Numbered from the stretch's first letter, positions 1 to 12,322 are shown. The stretch: DNA of 64,000 nucleotides from Synechococcales cyanobacterium bin2.concoct.b11b12b14.033 (GCA_013298875.1 JAAFJH010000001.1:7030-71029); one strand, 5' to 3'. Numbers and translations: made by a program. The notes: generated by a model from the letters alone, not told the origin.

Positions 1-1326
1 TTTTCTGTAAAGCATGTATATTTCTCTGCAAAAAGATATCTCTCAGATGCTTAGTTTTACGCTTAGCTCTAAAAATTAAATCAAAACGATTATAACTATT
101 TTCAAGAACCTCTGCTTTTTTAAGAAATTCTACTTCACCTATAGTTTGATTATTAATAAGTGATAATCCTAAAGCCCTTTCCATTTCAACTAGCCGATGA
201 CTCCACCTTCCCTTTTCCTGAATACATTTTTGAGAAGCTTTTACAATTTCTTCTCTCCACTTATTATCTTTTAAAAGTTTTTGGCATAGTTCTCTGGCAC
301 CCCATGGAGAGTCAAACATTGGAATATCAATATAATCTTTCGTAAATTCTTTTATACCTTTTGAGTATTTAGAAACAAGGCATCCATTTGAAGCCATTAC
401 ATCCATTACTCTCCAGGAAAATCCAGTTTTCGCTTGTGAGTGATTAATATTTATTAATAATTTGGAAGAATTATAAATATCTTGATTATGTTTAAGAGAA
501 TACTTAGCTTCATTTGACACACAAATATTCAAAGCTGGTATTTCTTTTGCTAAACTATCCCAGTTTGCACCATATATATTTAAATCCAAATCCGCCAAAT
601 AAATCATTAAAACTGCCCGCCATTCGATTAAGCTCCAATAGTCAAATTCGCTTAAATTGAGTTCTTTGAATAAATCAGGAATTACTATTTCATTATCTTC
701 TTTTCGATTAAAACTATCTAAAAAAATTGCTTTAAGAGAACTTGTATTATTTGGATCACGCAAGATAGACAGTTTTTCAGATAAAGTATTTCCAAAATTA
801 GTACCAATAAAAGAAATATTTTTATCCTGAATTACTGTTTCACTATTAATTGCAGTAGCCCAATTAATCAAATGAACTTTTTCTGGTGGAATATTAATAT
901 TTTTATTTTCAATAATAAATTGATACTCTTCCTTTGAAGCAACAAATATATAGTACTTTTCAATGTTTTCCTTAAGAATATCAAAATTTGATAAGTAGGA
1001 AAACGAATCTATGATCCAAAGCACTACTGGGCAATTTACAATTTGTACTAAATTCCTATACAAAACATTATTAAAAGAAATTACTAATTCTGGCTTAAAG
1101 TCTTTAATCTTTTCTTCTAATCTTTCAATATCTAAAAATTCGTCATATTCAGTTTTAGAAGTTTCTACGCCAGCATGTATGGTCGCCCGATCTTTAATCC
1201 AAAAAGCATTATTAATAATTAAAACTTTATTCCCAGATTTTATAAGAGAATTGATAAAACCTTCATAAAAACAATATATTTTTTCTTCTTCCTCTAGCTG
1301 ACATTGCAAAGATATTAGAATTCTCA
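1..1326 (-). CDS. Glycosyltransferase-like protein (CgeB/DUF3880-like), 5' end in window, 3' end beyond position 1
   Basis: Reverse-complement ORF starting at ATG 1326 (MRILISLQCQLEEEEKIYCFYEGF...) stays open to the window edge; the + strand ORFs at 160..345 and 1011..1268 are antisense to it. The glycosyltransferase assignment rests on general fold-like pattern and context next to a sugar ketoisomerase gene only. Confidence 0.35.
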
Positions 1327-1725
1327 TTGTTCGACTGCTTTCAAAAACTCATCATAATCTCTAATATACTCTTCTTCATCATAATATTCACTTGCTAAAA
1401 CCAGTAAAACACAATCAGCCGAAAAATCAAACATCTCTCGCCAAATCATCTGCCCAATAAATAAACCTTGATTTCTTTCTTTCAACTCAATTATTTTTAT
1501 TTCTTTTCCACTATCTACTTTAATTTTGCAATTACCTGAAATACAAATCAAAACTTGATTTAATTCTCTATGTGCATGTTTTCCGCGAATAAAACTTTTT
1601 TCGGTATTAAAAATATAATAAATCCGCTTAATTTCAAACGATATATTCTTTTGCTGTTCTATGGCTACCAAAGAGCCTCTCTCATCGCCTTTAATATCAA
1701 AATTAATTAAATAACAGTTTTTCAT
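1324..1725 (-). CDS. WxcM/FdtA-like cupin, dTDP-sugar 3,4-ketoisomerase family
   Basis: 133 aa; small cupin with the conserved HAH (GKHAHRE) region typical of FdtA/WxcM C-terminal domain proteins; start overlaps the upstream glycosyltransferase ORF by 3 nt. Confidence 0.55.
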   Translation of the reverse strand: MKNCYLINFDIKGDERGSLVAIEQQKNISFEIKRIYYIFNTEKSFIRGKHAHRELNQVLICISGNCKIKVDSGKEIKIIELKERNQGLFIGQMIWREMFDFSADCVLLVLASEYYDEEEYIRDYDEFLKAVEQ

Positions 1726-1905
1726 ATCTTCATAATTTGATTTTTACAGACCTATATTTTTTAGTTTCTCTTTTTTTGAAAACTCTTTAGAAAAAGTTAA
1801 GTATATTATATTTTAGAGTATATTAAAAAAAATTTCATCAAAGCAATTAGTGCCAAAATTATCAAGATATATCACTATTTATAAAAGCTATTTCCGGATT
1901 TTCAA

Positions 1906-2979
1906 ATGCAAAATTTACGATTATTTTTACTTCTATTTTTTTCTTTAAACTTACCCATTTTTAAAGTTTTAGCTGATAGCCAAAATCCTGATTCTAAAGC
2001 GGTTAAAGGTATTGTTTTAAATATAATTTCTGATCAAAAGCGTAAATTAATCGATGGAGAAAAACAAAGACAACAATTAATCGAAATTCAGCTGACAGAC
2101 GGCCGGAAAATTGAAACTATTAATAATATTGCGGATAATTTAGCTTATAAAGTTATTTTAAAGGTTGGAGATCGTATTTTACTAACTGAAGAAGACGGTG
2201 CTTTTTTTGTAGAAGGTTATGAAAGAGAGTGGGTTTGCTGGGTTTTAATCGGTTTATTTTTATTATTAGTAATATTAATTGGACAGAAAAAAGGAGTTTT
2301 TGCTCTTTTATCTTTAAGTCTTAAATTTTGTATTTTATTTTTTGTTTTTATTCCTCTCATCAAAAGAGGCTTTTCTCCAATTTTAGCCGCTAGTTTCTTT
2401 TCGGTTGTATCTACTTTTTTAACTATTATTATGGTTAGTGGCTTTAATAATAAAAGTTTATCGGCTTGTTTTGGCACTATCGCAGGAATTATTGTGTCAG
2501 GTTTACTGGGAGCATTTTTAGTCAGTCAAGCTCATTTAAGTGGGCTTATGGAGCAAGAAACAAGTGCTTTATATGCTCAATTTCCGGTTATAAAAATTAC
2601 TGAATTAATTTCGGCAGGAGTTTTAATTGGGGCTTTGGGAGCTTGCATGGACGTTGCTATTTCAATTGCAAGTGCTTTAAATGAATTAAAAGAAGCGGCT
2701 CCCAATATGGATTTTAAAGATTTATTGAAAAGTGGCATGAATATTGGCCAGGACATAATGGGTACTATGATTAATACCTTAATTCTGGCTTACCTGGGGA
2801 GTTCTTTGCCAATTGTTATTTTAATTACCCAAATTCAGCCAACTTATTTATTTAATATGGAATTAATGGTAAAAGAATTGATTTTATCGATTGTCGGCAG
2901 TATTGGATTAGTGCTTACCATCCCATTTACCGCTTTAATTGCTAGTTATTTATATACTAAACCTAGCCAATCTAATTAG
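1906..2979 (+). CDS. YibE/F-family integral membrane protein
   Basis: 357 aa; N-terminal signal/TM, soluble segment, then multiple hydrophobic helices; architecture and several motifs resemble the YibE/F family. Confidence 0.45.
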   Translation: MQNLRLFLLLFFSLNLPIFKVLADSQNPDSKAVKGIVLNIISDQKRKLIDGEKQRQQLIEIQLTDGRKIETINNIADNLAYKVILKVGDRILLTEEDGAFFVEGYEREWVCWVLIGLFLLLVILIGQKKGVFALLSLSLKFCILFFVFIPLIKRGFSPILAASFFSVVSTFLTIIMVSGFNNKSLSACFGTIAGIIVSGLLGAFLVSQAHLSGLMEQETSALYAQFPVIKITELISAGVLIGALGACMDVAISIASALNELKEAAPNMDFKDLLKSGMNIGQDIMGTMINTLILAYLGSSLPIVILITQIQPTYLFNMELMVKELILSIVGSIGLVLTIPFTALIASYLYTKPSQSN

Positions 2980-3058
2980 CTATTAGCTAACAAAAATGTC
3001 AAAATGAGTGGGCTAAATAAAAACCTGGAAATAAATTAGTAAGAAAACAAGAAGGTGA

Positions 3059-4378
<1,320 letters not shown>

Positions 4379-4400
4379 GTAGTAGCTTACTTAAAAAAAT

Positions 4401-4430
4401 GGGGGAGACTTGAAAATACTTTTCTCCCCT
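4401..4430 (-). terminator. Rho-independent terminator-like hairpin (7-bp GC-rich stem, 14-nt loop) followed by an A/T run; T-tract lies on the minus-strand reading
   Basis: GGGGAGA(4402-4408)/TCTCCCC(4423-4429). The reverse complement gives hairpin + UUUUUUU (plus-strand AAAAAAA at 4394-4400). On the plus strand the tail is weak. Confidence 0.4.
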
Positions 4431-4437
4431 ATCATAT

Positions 4438-4639
4438 GCAATGGCGTTAAGTTAAGGAAAGAAGGTATAAATAAGTAAAAAATAAGAACTTTCAGTTGGG
4501 TCATAAACAGAATTTCGACAGAGTCCAACGAGTATAAGGGAAGGAAGAAGTCATGCAAGAAAAAGGTCAGCTTCTAAGTCAGCTCGTTACCGAAAGTACT
4601 CACGCAAAGCTTGTTTTTAGCTTAACTTAACGCCATTGC
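4438..4639. repeat. 202-bp element bounded by perfect 19-bp terminal inverted repeats (MITE-like element or structured RNA with long closing stem)
   Basis: gcaatggcgttaagttaag (4438-4456) is the exact reverse complement of cttaacttaacgccattgc (4621-4639). The 164-bp interior is non-coding (only a 26-codon ORF). Confidence 0.5.
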
Positions 4640-4666
4640 CCTTTAGGGGGTTAGGGGGCTTTTGAT

Positions 4667-5500
4667 TTATTTAAAAAAGCCTTTTGAAATGGCGAATAAA
4701 ACGATTGAGCCGACTATTAACCGGTAAAGCATAAATGGGAATAAAGATTGAGTTTGTAAAAATTTAAGTAAAAATTTAATTGCAAAATAACCAATAATCG
4801 CCGAAAAAACTGCTCCGATAATAGCTGCTGTCCAGCTAACTTCAAGGGATTTGGTATTTTTGAAAGCTTTAAAAACTTCATATAAGCCAGCTCCTAAAAT
4901 AACTGGAGAACCCATCAAAAAAGAAAAACGAGCTGATTCAGGCCGCGAAAAGCCTAATAATCTGGCAACCGTAATAGTTGAACCTGATCGCGAAACACCC
5001 GAAAACAATGCAGCCGCTTGCCCAAAGCCTATAAGAAGAGCTTGCCACCAATTAATATTTTTTTCTAAATCGTTTATGGTAACAGGTTTTAAATCAGTTA
5101 TAAAAAGTAAAATACCAACTACAATTAAACAAATAGTTGTGATTGTTAGGTTTTGATCAATTTTTTCAAAGAAGTCATGTGCAAAAAAACCGAATATAAT
5201 GGCTGGCAGACTGGCAATTATTATTTTAAAACCGAGGCTAGCAAAAAAGCTTTTCGGTGAACTTAAACTCTTGAATGTCTCAATGGCAATTTCAAATAAG
5301 TCTTTTCCAAAATAAATAAAAACGGCTATTAAAGTTCCCAAATGCAAAAAAGCAGATAATCCTAATCCAATGGCTGGCCAACCAAAAATATCGGGTACTA
5401 AGCGTAAATGAAAAGAACTACTAATTGGCAAAAATTCAGTTAAGCCCTGCACAATTCCCAGCACCATACAACGTATAATTTCTTCGTATTTTTCAAGCAT
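4667..5500 (-). CDS. uppP: Undecaprenyl-diphosphatase (UppP/BacA)
   Basis: 277 aa polytopic membrane protein; GxxQGxTEFLPISSSxH motif at N-terminus and conserved SRSG / PESARFSF region. Confidence 0.9.
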   Translation of the reverse strand: MLEKYEEIIRCMVLGIVQGLTEFLPISSSFHLRLVPDIFGWPAIGLGLSAFLHLGTLIAVFIYFGKDLFEIAIETFKSLSSPKSFFASLGFKIIIASLPAIIFGFFAHDFFEKIDQNLTITTICLIVVGILLFITDLKPVTINDLEKNINWWQALLIGFGQAAALFSGVSRSGSTITVARLLGFSRPESARFSFLMGSPVILGAGLYEVFKAFKNTKSLEVSWTAAIIGAVFSAIIGYFAIKFLLKFLQTQSLFPFMLYRLIVGSIVLFAISKGFFK

Positions 5501-5774
5501 AAATGATTATTTTCCTTTGATTTTTATTTATTTTATTTTTATTTTTATTTCTTTGCTAAAAATTTTTCTGTTTGCATAAATCATTTTTTGAAAAAAGCGG
5601 CTTTACTAGATTGAAAAGATAAAAGATTTATAATTGTCTAAATTACAGTATTTATGTAGAACCATAAAATAAAAAACATAGTCTGTCATTTAATTAAATC
5701 AGCATAATTACACTTCCAGACAACTTGTGTATAATTTAATTAACTTGAATTTTAGGATTAAATAATTAAATAAA

Positions 5775-6350
5775 ATGGCTTTTGAAAAAGAATTTGAAAA
5801 TTTATTTCGTAGTTTCGCTGAACTAAGAAACCAGCAGGCAAAAACTGATGAGCAATTGAAACGTACTGACGAACAGATGAAGTTTACTGATGAAAGACTT
5901 TCCGCTAAGTTAGAAAAATTATCCAAAGAACTAGGAAATATTGGTAATAATAATGGTGCCGCCGCGGAAGAATTCTTTTGGAATGGATTGAAAAATAAAA
6001 AAGAATTTGAGGGGATCAAAATTGATTATACTGAAGCCAATGTCAGGCCGCCAAGCAAAAAAGGTATTCAAGATGAATTTGACATACTTATGTGGAACGG
6101 TAATTCAGTAGTTATTGTTGAATCAAAATACAAAGTACATCCAAATTTAGTAGAGCAAATCAAAGAGAAAAAAATCCCAAATTTCAAAACCTTAATTCCG
6201 GACAGAGCTAATCATAAAATTTATTGTGCGATTGCTGGCTTTTCAATACCCGACGAAGTTGCCAAATCAGCGAAAGAAGAAGGATTTTTTATCATAAGGC
6301 AGTCAGGAGATAATATGGTAATTGAAAAGGGTGAAATTAAACCTTATTAG
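5775..6350 (+). CDS. Hypothetical protein: N-terminal coiled coil plus C-terminal PD-(D/E)xK-like motif (DUF3782-like)
   Basis: 191 aa; heptad-rich N-terminus (EQLKRTDEQMKFTDERL...); C-terminal D(EFD)...x13...E-S-K arrangement (DEFDILMWNGNSVVIVESKYK) compatible with a restriction-endonuclease-like fold. Confidence 0.3.
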   Translation: MAFEKEFENLFRSFAELRNQQAKTDEQLKRTDEQMKFTDERLSAKLEKLSKELGNIGNNNGAAAEEFFWNGLKNKKEFEGIKIDYTEANVRPPSKKGIQDEFDILMWNGNSVVIVESKYKVHPNLVEQIKEKKIPNFKTLIPDRANHKIYCAIAGFSIPDEVAKSAKEEGFFIIRQSGDNMVIEKGEIKPY

Positions 6351-6398
6351 CGGCTATTCAATTCTTGAATTGAGGGAAAAGATGTAAAAGCTATACTC

Positions 6399-7517
6399 TT
6401 ATGGCATTAGGCGGCTGATAATCTCAGTGGAAAGTAAAAAACCTTTTGGGGTAATTTTTAAATAATTGTTTTCTAGTTTTATCAAATTTTGGTTTTGTAA
6501 ATCCCTGATTAAATGCTCTTTGCCGGCTAATAAATCAATTTTATATTTAGTCTGATAATCTTTCAAATTTAAACCCCATTTAGTACGTAAAGGTAGCATC
6601 AAGTCTTCCAAAGCTGGATTTCTCTCTAATATTTTTTGATTACTTAATGAATTTTTTATATATTCGTCCAAATTTTCGGTATTAGCTTTTCGATTACCCT
6701 TTATGAATTCATGTGCTGAGACTCCGAAACCCCAAAAGTCTGTATTTTTCCAATAATTTAAATTATGCTTCGATTCAAAACCTTTTTTGGCGAAATTACT
6801 AACTTCATATTGCTCAAATCCTTTTTCCAAACATAATTTCTGCAGTATTTCATACATGTCTTCTAAACTCTTTTCTTGAGGTAATAAAGGATTTTGTGAA
6901 TTAGTATATATTTTGGCAAAAGGAGTATTCTCTTCAATACTTAATCCATAACAAGAAATATGCTCAATCGGTAATTCAAAAGCTTGTTTAATGCTTTCAG
7001 TCCAGCTTTGTATGGTTTGTTTAGGTAAGCCATAAATTAAATCAAGACTAATATTTTCAAAACCTTGCTTATGAGCATTTATAATTATATTTTTAGCTTC
7101 GATAGCATTATGTCCTCGAGCCAGCCTTTGTAATAATTCATCATTAAAAGTTTGTACTCCAACACTCAAGCGATTTATACCTAAAGTTTTAAAGCCTTGC
7201 AATTTATATTCGTCAGCAGTGCCTGGATTACATTCCAAGGTAATTTCAACTTTTGGGTCAAATTTAAATTGAGAATATAAAGTTTCAAACAATTCTTGCA
7301 ATAATTCAATCGGTAAAATAGATGGCGTACCCCCGCCTAAATATAAAGTTTGAATTAAATTATCATTTGACTGAAATACCCTATTTTTAATTTCTTGGCA
7401 GAGAGCTTTGATATAAGGCTCAAATAATTTTCCAGTATGATCCAACTTAACCGTAAAATTACAGTAAGGACAATGCGTTTTGCAAAAAGGAATATGTATA
7501 TAAATTGAACTTGGCAT
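6399..7517 (-). CDS. hemW: Radical SAM HemW/HemN-like protein (heme chaperone / oxygen-independent coproporphyrinogen III oxidase family)
   Basis: 372 aa; N-terminal IHIPFCxxxCxYCNF radical-SAM cysteine triad; GGGTPS motif; HemN C-terminal-like tail. Confidence 0.85.
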   Translation of the reverse strand: MPSSIYIHIPFCKTHCPYCNFTVKLDHTGKLFEPYIKALCQEIKNRVFQSNDNLIQTLYLGGGTPSILPIELLQELFETLYSQFKFDPKVEITLECNPGTADEYKLQGFKTLGINRLSVGVQTFNDELLQRLARGHNAIEAKNIIINAHKQGFENISLDLIYGLPKQTIQSWTESIKQAFELPIEHISCYGLSIEENTPFAKIYTNSQNPLLPQEKSLEDMYEILQKLCLEKGFEQYEVSNFAKKGFESKHNLNYWKNTDFWGFGVSAHEFIKGNRKANTENLDEYIKNSLSNQKILERNPALEDLMLPLRTKWGLNLKDYQTKYKIDLLAGKEHLIRDLQNQNLIKLENNYLKITPKGFLLSTEIISRLMP

Positions 7518-7986
7518 TTATTAGATAATGATAAACACTAATTCTTAGATTTACGCAAAAGGAAAAAAGTAAAAAAATTATTTAAAGTGAATTTGGTAAA
7601 CGAAAAAAACAAAAAACCTCTGATAGGTATTCCCTATGAGTGATTTGATGTATTACTTATTGTTGCTTGACATTTGTTTTATTGCTACTTACTTTTCAGA
7701 TACCCTCTCAGTAGGTCTTATTCGGTTTGTTACTTTTGGGCGAAGAAGGTAGTATTCCGAGTTTGTGATAGTTATGGAATGGAATTAATTCAGCTAATTA
7801 GAGAAGAAAGAAGTGGATAAGCAAAATAATAAAAAATTGGAAAATCAAGCGAAATCCCTAAATTAAAAAATGTATTAATGCAATATTAAAACAGAACTGA
7901 ATATGTTTATAATTTAAAAAAAGTGTTTATTTTTTGGATGGGTAAAGTATAAATATTAAAGAATAAAAAAACTAAAAAATTATTTT

Positions 7987-8769
7987 ATGACTCTTTTCTT
8001 GAATTTAATTTCATCATTTTTTGAAGGCTTTTTCCTAGTTTTATCGCCCTGCATTTTGTCAGTTTTGCCCATTATTTTATCTTCAACCATGCAAGGACGA
8101 AAAAGAAGAGCTTTTGCCATTGTGATTGGTTTATTAGGTTCTTTTGTTTTATTTAGTTTATTTTTAGGTAAAGCTTTTCAGTTTTTGGCCATCCGGCCTG
8201 AGGTTTTGCGCTTAATTGCTGGTTTAATTATTGCTGGTTTTGCTTTGCTAATGCTTTTTTCGGAATTAACTTATAAATTAAATACTTGGTTAAATCCAAT
8301 TGCTAAGTTTGGCCATCAGCTAACCGAAAATTTACATCATTCACTTTTGTCGAAGCACGATTTGTTAATTGGTTTATTGATTGGTGCTTGTTTAGGCTTA
8401 ATCTGGACTCCTTGTATTGGACCTTTCTTGGGTATTGCCATTATCAAAGCGGCGGCTCAAACTTCCTTATTGGCTAATTTTTCTAGTATTTTATTTTTTT
8501 GTTTGGGTTTTTCTCTGCCAATGCTTTTTATTATTCTCTCTGGGAAAGGCTTTTTACAACAATTTAATTTTATTCATGTTCAAAGGGCTAGACAAATATT
8601 AGGTTTAATTATTTTGATTAATGTTTTCTTTTCATTATCCAGTAATTCGTCCTTACAATTTGCAAATACTTGGCTACAAGCAAATTTAATGCAAAACAAA
8701 TCTGCGAAATTAGAATTGGCTTCTTATCAAGACGAGAATTTTCAAATAGGTTGTAAAATCAACATTTAA
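7987..8769 (+). CDS. ccdA: CcdA/DsbD-family thiol-disulfide transporter (cytochrome c biogenesis protein CcdA-like)
   Basis: 260 aa, 6+ TM helices; paired cysteines in LSPCILSVLP and WTPCIGPFLG match the CcdA/DsbD-beta SPCxLPxLP / TPCxGPxL signature. Confidence 0.7.
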   Translation: MTLFLNLISSFFEGFFLVLSPCILSVLPIILSSTMQGRKRRAFAIVIGLLGSFVLFSLFLGKAFQFLAIRPEVLRLIAGLIIAGFALLMLFSELTYKLNTWLNPIAKFGHQLTENLHHSLLSKHDLLIGLLIGACLGLIWTPCIGPFLGIAIIKAAAQTSLLANFSSILFFCLGFSLPMLFIILSGKGFLQQFNFIHVQRARQILGLIILINVFFSLSSNSSLQFANTWLQANLMQNKSAKLELASYQDENFQIGCKINI

Positions 8770-8776
8770 GTGTTTT

Positions 8777-9388
8777 TTAGTTTAATAATTCTTTTGCTTC
8801 AAAAATATGATGAACTTTTAAATTGGCTTCTTTTTCCAATAATTCTTTACCGGAGTTTTCACGTAAAATCAAACATATTAAATGATTTACTTCACAGCCA
8901 TGTTTGCGAGTTGAATTAATAGCCATTAAAGAAGAAGAACCCGTAGTAATCACATCTTCCAAAATAACTACTTTTTCCCTTTTGATTAAAGGTCCTTCTA
9001 CTAAGCGGCCTCGTCCATGTACTTTTTGCTCTTTGCGAATTAAACCAGCTTTTAATGGGTGTCCAGCCAAGAAAGAAAATTGACAAACCCCACTTACTAT
9101 CGGATCTGCTCCAATTGAAGGCCCAGCTATGCCCTGTATTTCATGAATGATCGGGTATATCATTGCCCAAACTAAATACGAAATTAAAGTTAAGCCTTCC
9201 GCTGATAAAGTGGTCAGTCTGGCATCTAAATAATAATCACTTTTTTGTCCGGAAGCTAAAACATAATTTCCTTTAAAAACAGACTGAGCTTTTAATATTT
9301 TCAACAAATTAAACTTAGCTTCTTTAATAGCGGGCAAAGATAGATCTAAATTAAGAATTCCTTCCAAATGGCTCATTATCTCCACCAC
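8777..9388 (-). CDS. pyrE: Orotate phosphoribosyltransferase
   Basis: 203 aa; FxxGxFxLxSGxxSxxYxD N-terminal motif and the PRPP-binding loop VxxLEDVITTGSS. Confidence 0.9.
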   Translation of the reverse strand: MVEIMSHLEGILNLDLSLPAIKEAKFNLLKILKAQSVFKGNYVLASGQKSDYYLDARLTTLSAEGLTLISYLVWAMIYPIIHEIQGIAGPSIGADPIVSGVCQFSFLAGHPLKAGLIRKEQKVHGRGRLVEGPLIKREKVVILEDVITTGSSSLMAINSTRKHGCEVNHLICLILRENSGKELLEKEANLKVHHIFEAKELLN

Positions 9389-9579
9389 TTTTCAAGCTCA
9401 TAAAAATTTGGCTTACAAACAGAATTACAAACTTTGACATAACATTTGCTTTCAGTCGAACATTTTTCACTTTTTTTGCATTTATTTTTAAGTGGGCAGC
9501 AGAAAATCTGAGCGGAAGAATTTAAAGGCAGTAAAAAAGTTAGGCACCCTAAAAGAAAAACTAAATATTTGAAAAACAT
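9376..9579 (-). CDS. Small secreted cysteine-rich peptide (hypothetical)
   Basis: 67 aa; hydrophobic signal-like N-terminus then 9 Cys in 45 residues (CCPLKNKCKKSEKCSTESKCYVKVCNSVCK); 3' end overlaps the pyrE start by about 13 nt. Could be a spurious ORF. Confidence 0.25.
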   Translation of the reverse strand: MFFKYLVFLLGCLTFLLPLNSSAQIFCCPLKNKCKKSEKCSTESKCYVKVCNSVCKPNFYELEKWWR

Positions 9580-9670
9580 TTTATAAATATAAGCTTTAAG
9601 TATTAATTTAATTTATATTATCTCAAAGAGCGATTTTTTTCCGCTTCAATTCAAGAGATTTTTGTAATAA

Positions 9671-10960
<1,290 letters not shown>

Positions 10961-10975
10961 TTACTATTTGATTTT

Positions 10976-11164
10976 TTATTTAATAATCCGGCGTTTTTTC
11001 TTTCTTTCATTCCGACGCTTTTTCAATCTTCTTTGAACTGATTCTGACACGAAAAAAGCTCTTTGTTTTACTTCTTGTAAAATTTTTTGTTTAGTTACTT
11101 GACGTCTAAATCTTCTAATTAAATTGTCGATTGGTTCTTGATCTTCGCGGGTAACTTCTATCAA
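10976..11164 (-). CDS. rpsU: 30S ribosomal protein S21
   Basis: 62 aa, very basic; N-terminal xEVxVREx-E-P-IDxxLRRFRR and C-terminal KKRR-rich tail typical of bS21. Confidence 0.85.
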   Translation of the reverse strand: MIEVTREDQEPIDNLIRRFRRQVTKQKILQEVKQRAFFVSESVQRRLKKRRNERKKKRRIIK

Positions 11165-11329
11165 AATTTTCTCCTTGATTTTTGTGATTAATTAAATTCA
11201 AATTATTAGGTATTCTACCTCTTTTATTATTTTCTTGTGATAATTTCGTCAAAAAATTTTAATTTAGTTTTTAAGCTTATAATGTTTAACATTAGTTTTT
11301 TGTTTTTAAGCTTTAACTTCTCAATCGTA

Positions 11330-12301
11330 ATGCGTAAAATAGAATTAAAACAACTTGAATATTTTTTAGCAGTTGCTGAGAATTTAAGCTTCACGAAAGC
11401 TGCCGAAGAAATTCATGTTGCTCAGCCAGCTATTAGTCAGCAAATAAAATATCTTGAATTTGTGCTTGGAGTGCCGCTTTTCAATCGAGATAATAAAAAA
11501 GTGACTTTAACCGAAGCCGGTGAATTATTACAAAAGCACACTCTTGAAGTTTTGGAATGCGTAGATCGAACGGTAGAAGTAATTGAAGAATTAAGAGGTT
11601 TAGAAAGAGGTTCCGTTTCAATAGCTATGTCTTCGACAGTTGCAACAGTTTTGATGGCGGATTTGGTGCATGAATTTAGAATGCAATTTCCAGACATAAA
11701 AGTGCGTGTAACCGAAGCTATGACTTCCGAAAGTATACAAAGACTGCAAAGCGGAGAGCTGGATTTAGCCATTGTTACTTTGCCGATTCAGGAAGAAAAT
11801 AATTTGAATGTTGAAAATTTATTCGATGAAGATTTAGAAGTAATTGTCTCTAATAAGCATGAATGGGCCAGGCAAAATATTGAATCAGTTAATTTAATTG
11901 ATTTGAATAAATATGAATGGATTTTAGCTAATAATCAAAATGGCTTAAGGCGTTTAATCAATGAAGCCTGCTCACAAAAAGGTTTTTGCCCGGTGCCAGC
12001 CATTGAACTTGACCGTATTAGTTCCGTTAAAAATGTTTTAATGTATTCTGAAAAAGGCATTACCATTTTGCCACCAACTGCTGTTTTAACCGAACTTTCT
12101 CTAGGTTTATTAAAACGTATCAAATTTAAAGATATAAGAATTTTCAGAATGGTTGGTTTAACTTGTCGACCGAAAAACTTATTGTCGCCGGCAGCTAGCG
12201 AAATGGTATCGGTTATTAAGCAAATTTGTTATAAATATCCAGAACGTTCATTTGTGGCTCACCCGGCGAATGAATTTTCCCTTCCTCCAAATCATAAATA
12301 A
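11330..12301 (+). CDS. LysR-family transcriptional regulator
   Basis: N-terminal HTH beginning MRKIELKQLEYFLAVAENLSFTKAAEEIHVAQPAISQQIKYLE, followed by a LysR substrate-binding domain. The tracked ORF starts at 11237, but the 31-aa hydrophobic extension is unlikely to be real, so the start is placed at ATG 11330. Confidence 0.8.
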   Translation: MRKIELKQLEYFLAVAENLSFTKAAEEIHVAQPAISQQIKYLEFVLGVPLFNRDNKKVTLTEAGELLQKHTLEVLECVDRTVEVIEELRGLERGSVSIAMSSTVATVLMADLVHEFRMQFPDIKVRVTEAMTSESIQRLQSGELDLAIVTLPIQEENNLNVENLFDEDLEVIVSNKHEWARQNIESVNLIDLNKYEWILANNQNGLRRLINEACSQKGFCPVPAIELDRISSVKNVLMYSEKGITILPPTAVLTELSLGLLKRIKFKDIRIFRMVGLTCRPKNLLSPAASEMVSVIKQICYKYPERSFVAHPANEFSLPPNHK

Positions 12302-12322
12302 ATACTTGTTTTCACTTTCATA

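Noticed and set aside
2217-2477. Antisense ORFs inside confident genes (for example 2217..2477, 3747..4001, 4851..5156, 5708..6019, 11437..11772, 11935..12123, 13149..13370, 16251..16433, 17954..18241, 18602..18790, 19564..19770, 22616..22822, 24161..24358, 24723..24941, 25584..25856, 26398..26595, 27124..27351, 32890..33117, 40391..40905, 41980..42321, 42823..43050, 43636..43818, 44374..44559, 46415..46670, 47560..47802, 48187..48399, 50240..50518, 54379..54636, 57627..57839, 62427..62612)
   Set aside because: All lie within or antisense to ORFs with clear conserved motifs. AT-rich genomes generate many such shadow ORFs. The 50240..50518 Pro/Ala-rich translation is just the complement of the glycine-zipper gene.
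11237-11329. 31-codon hydrophobic N-terminal extension of the LysR ORF
   Set aside because: LysR HTH begins exactly at the internal Met (MRKIELKQLEYF); extension looks like read-through of promoter DNA.
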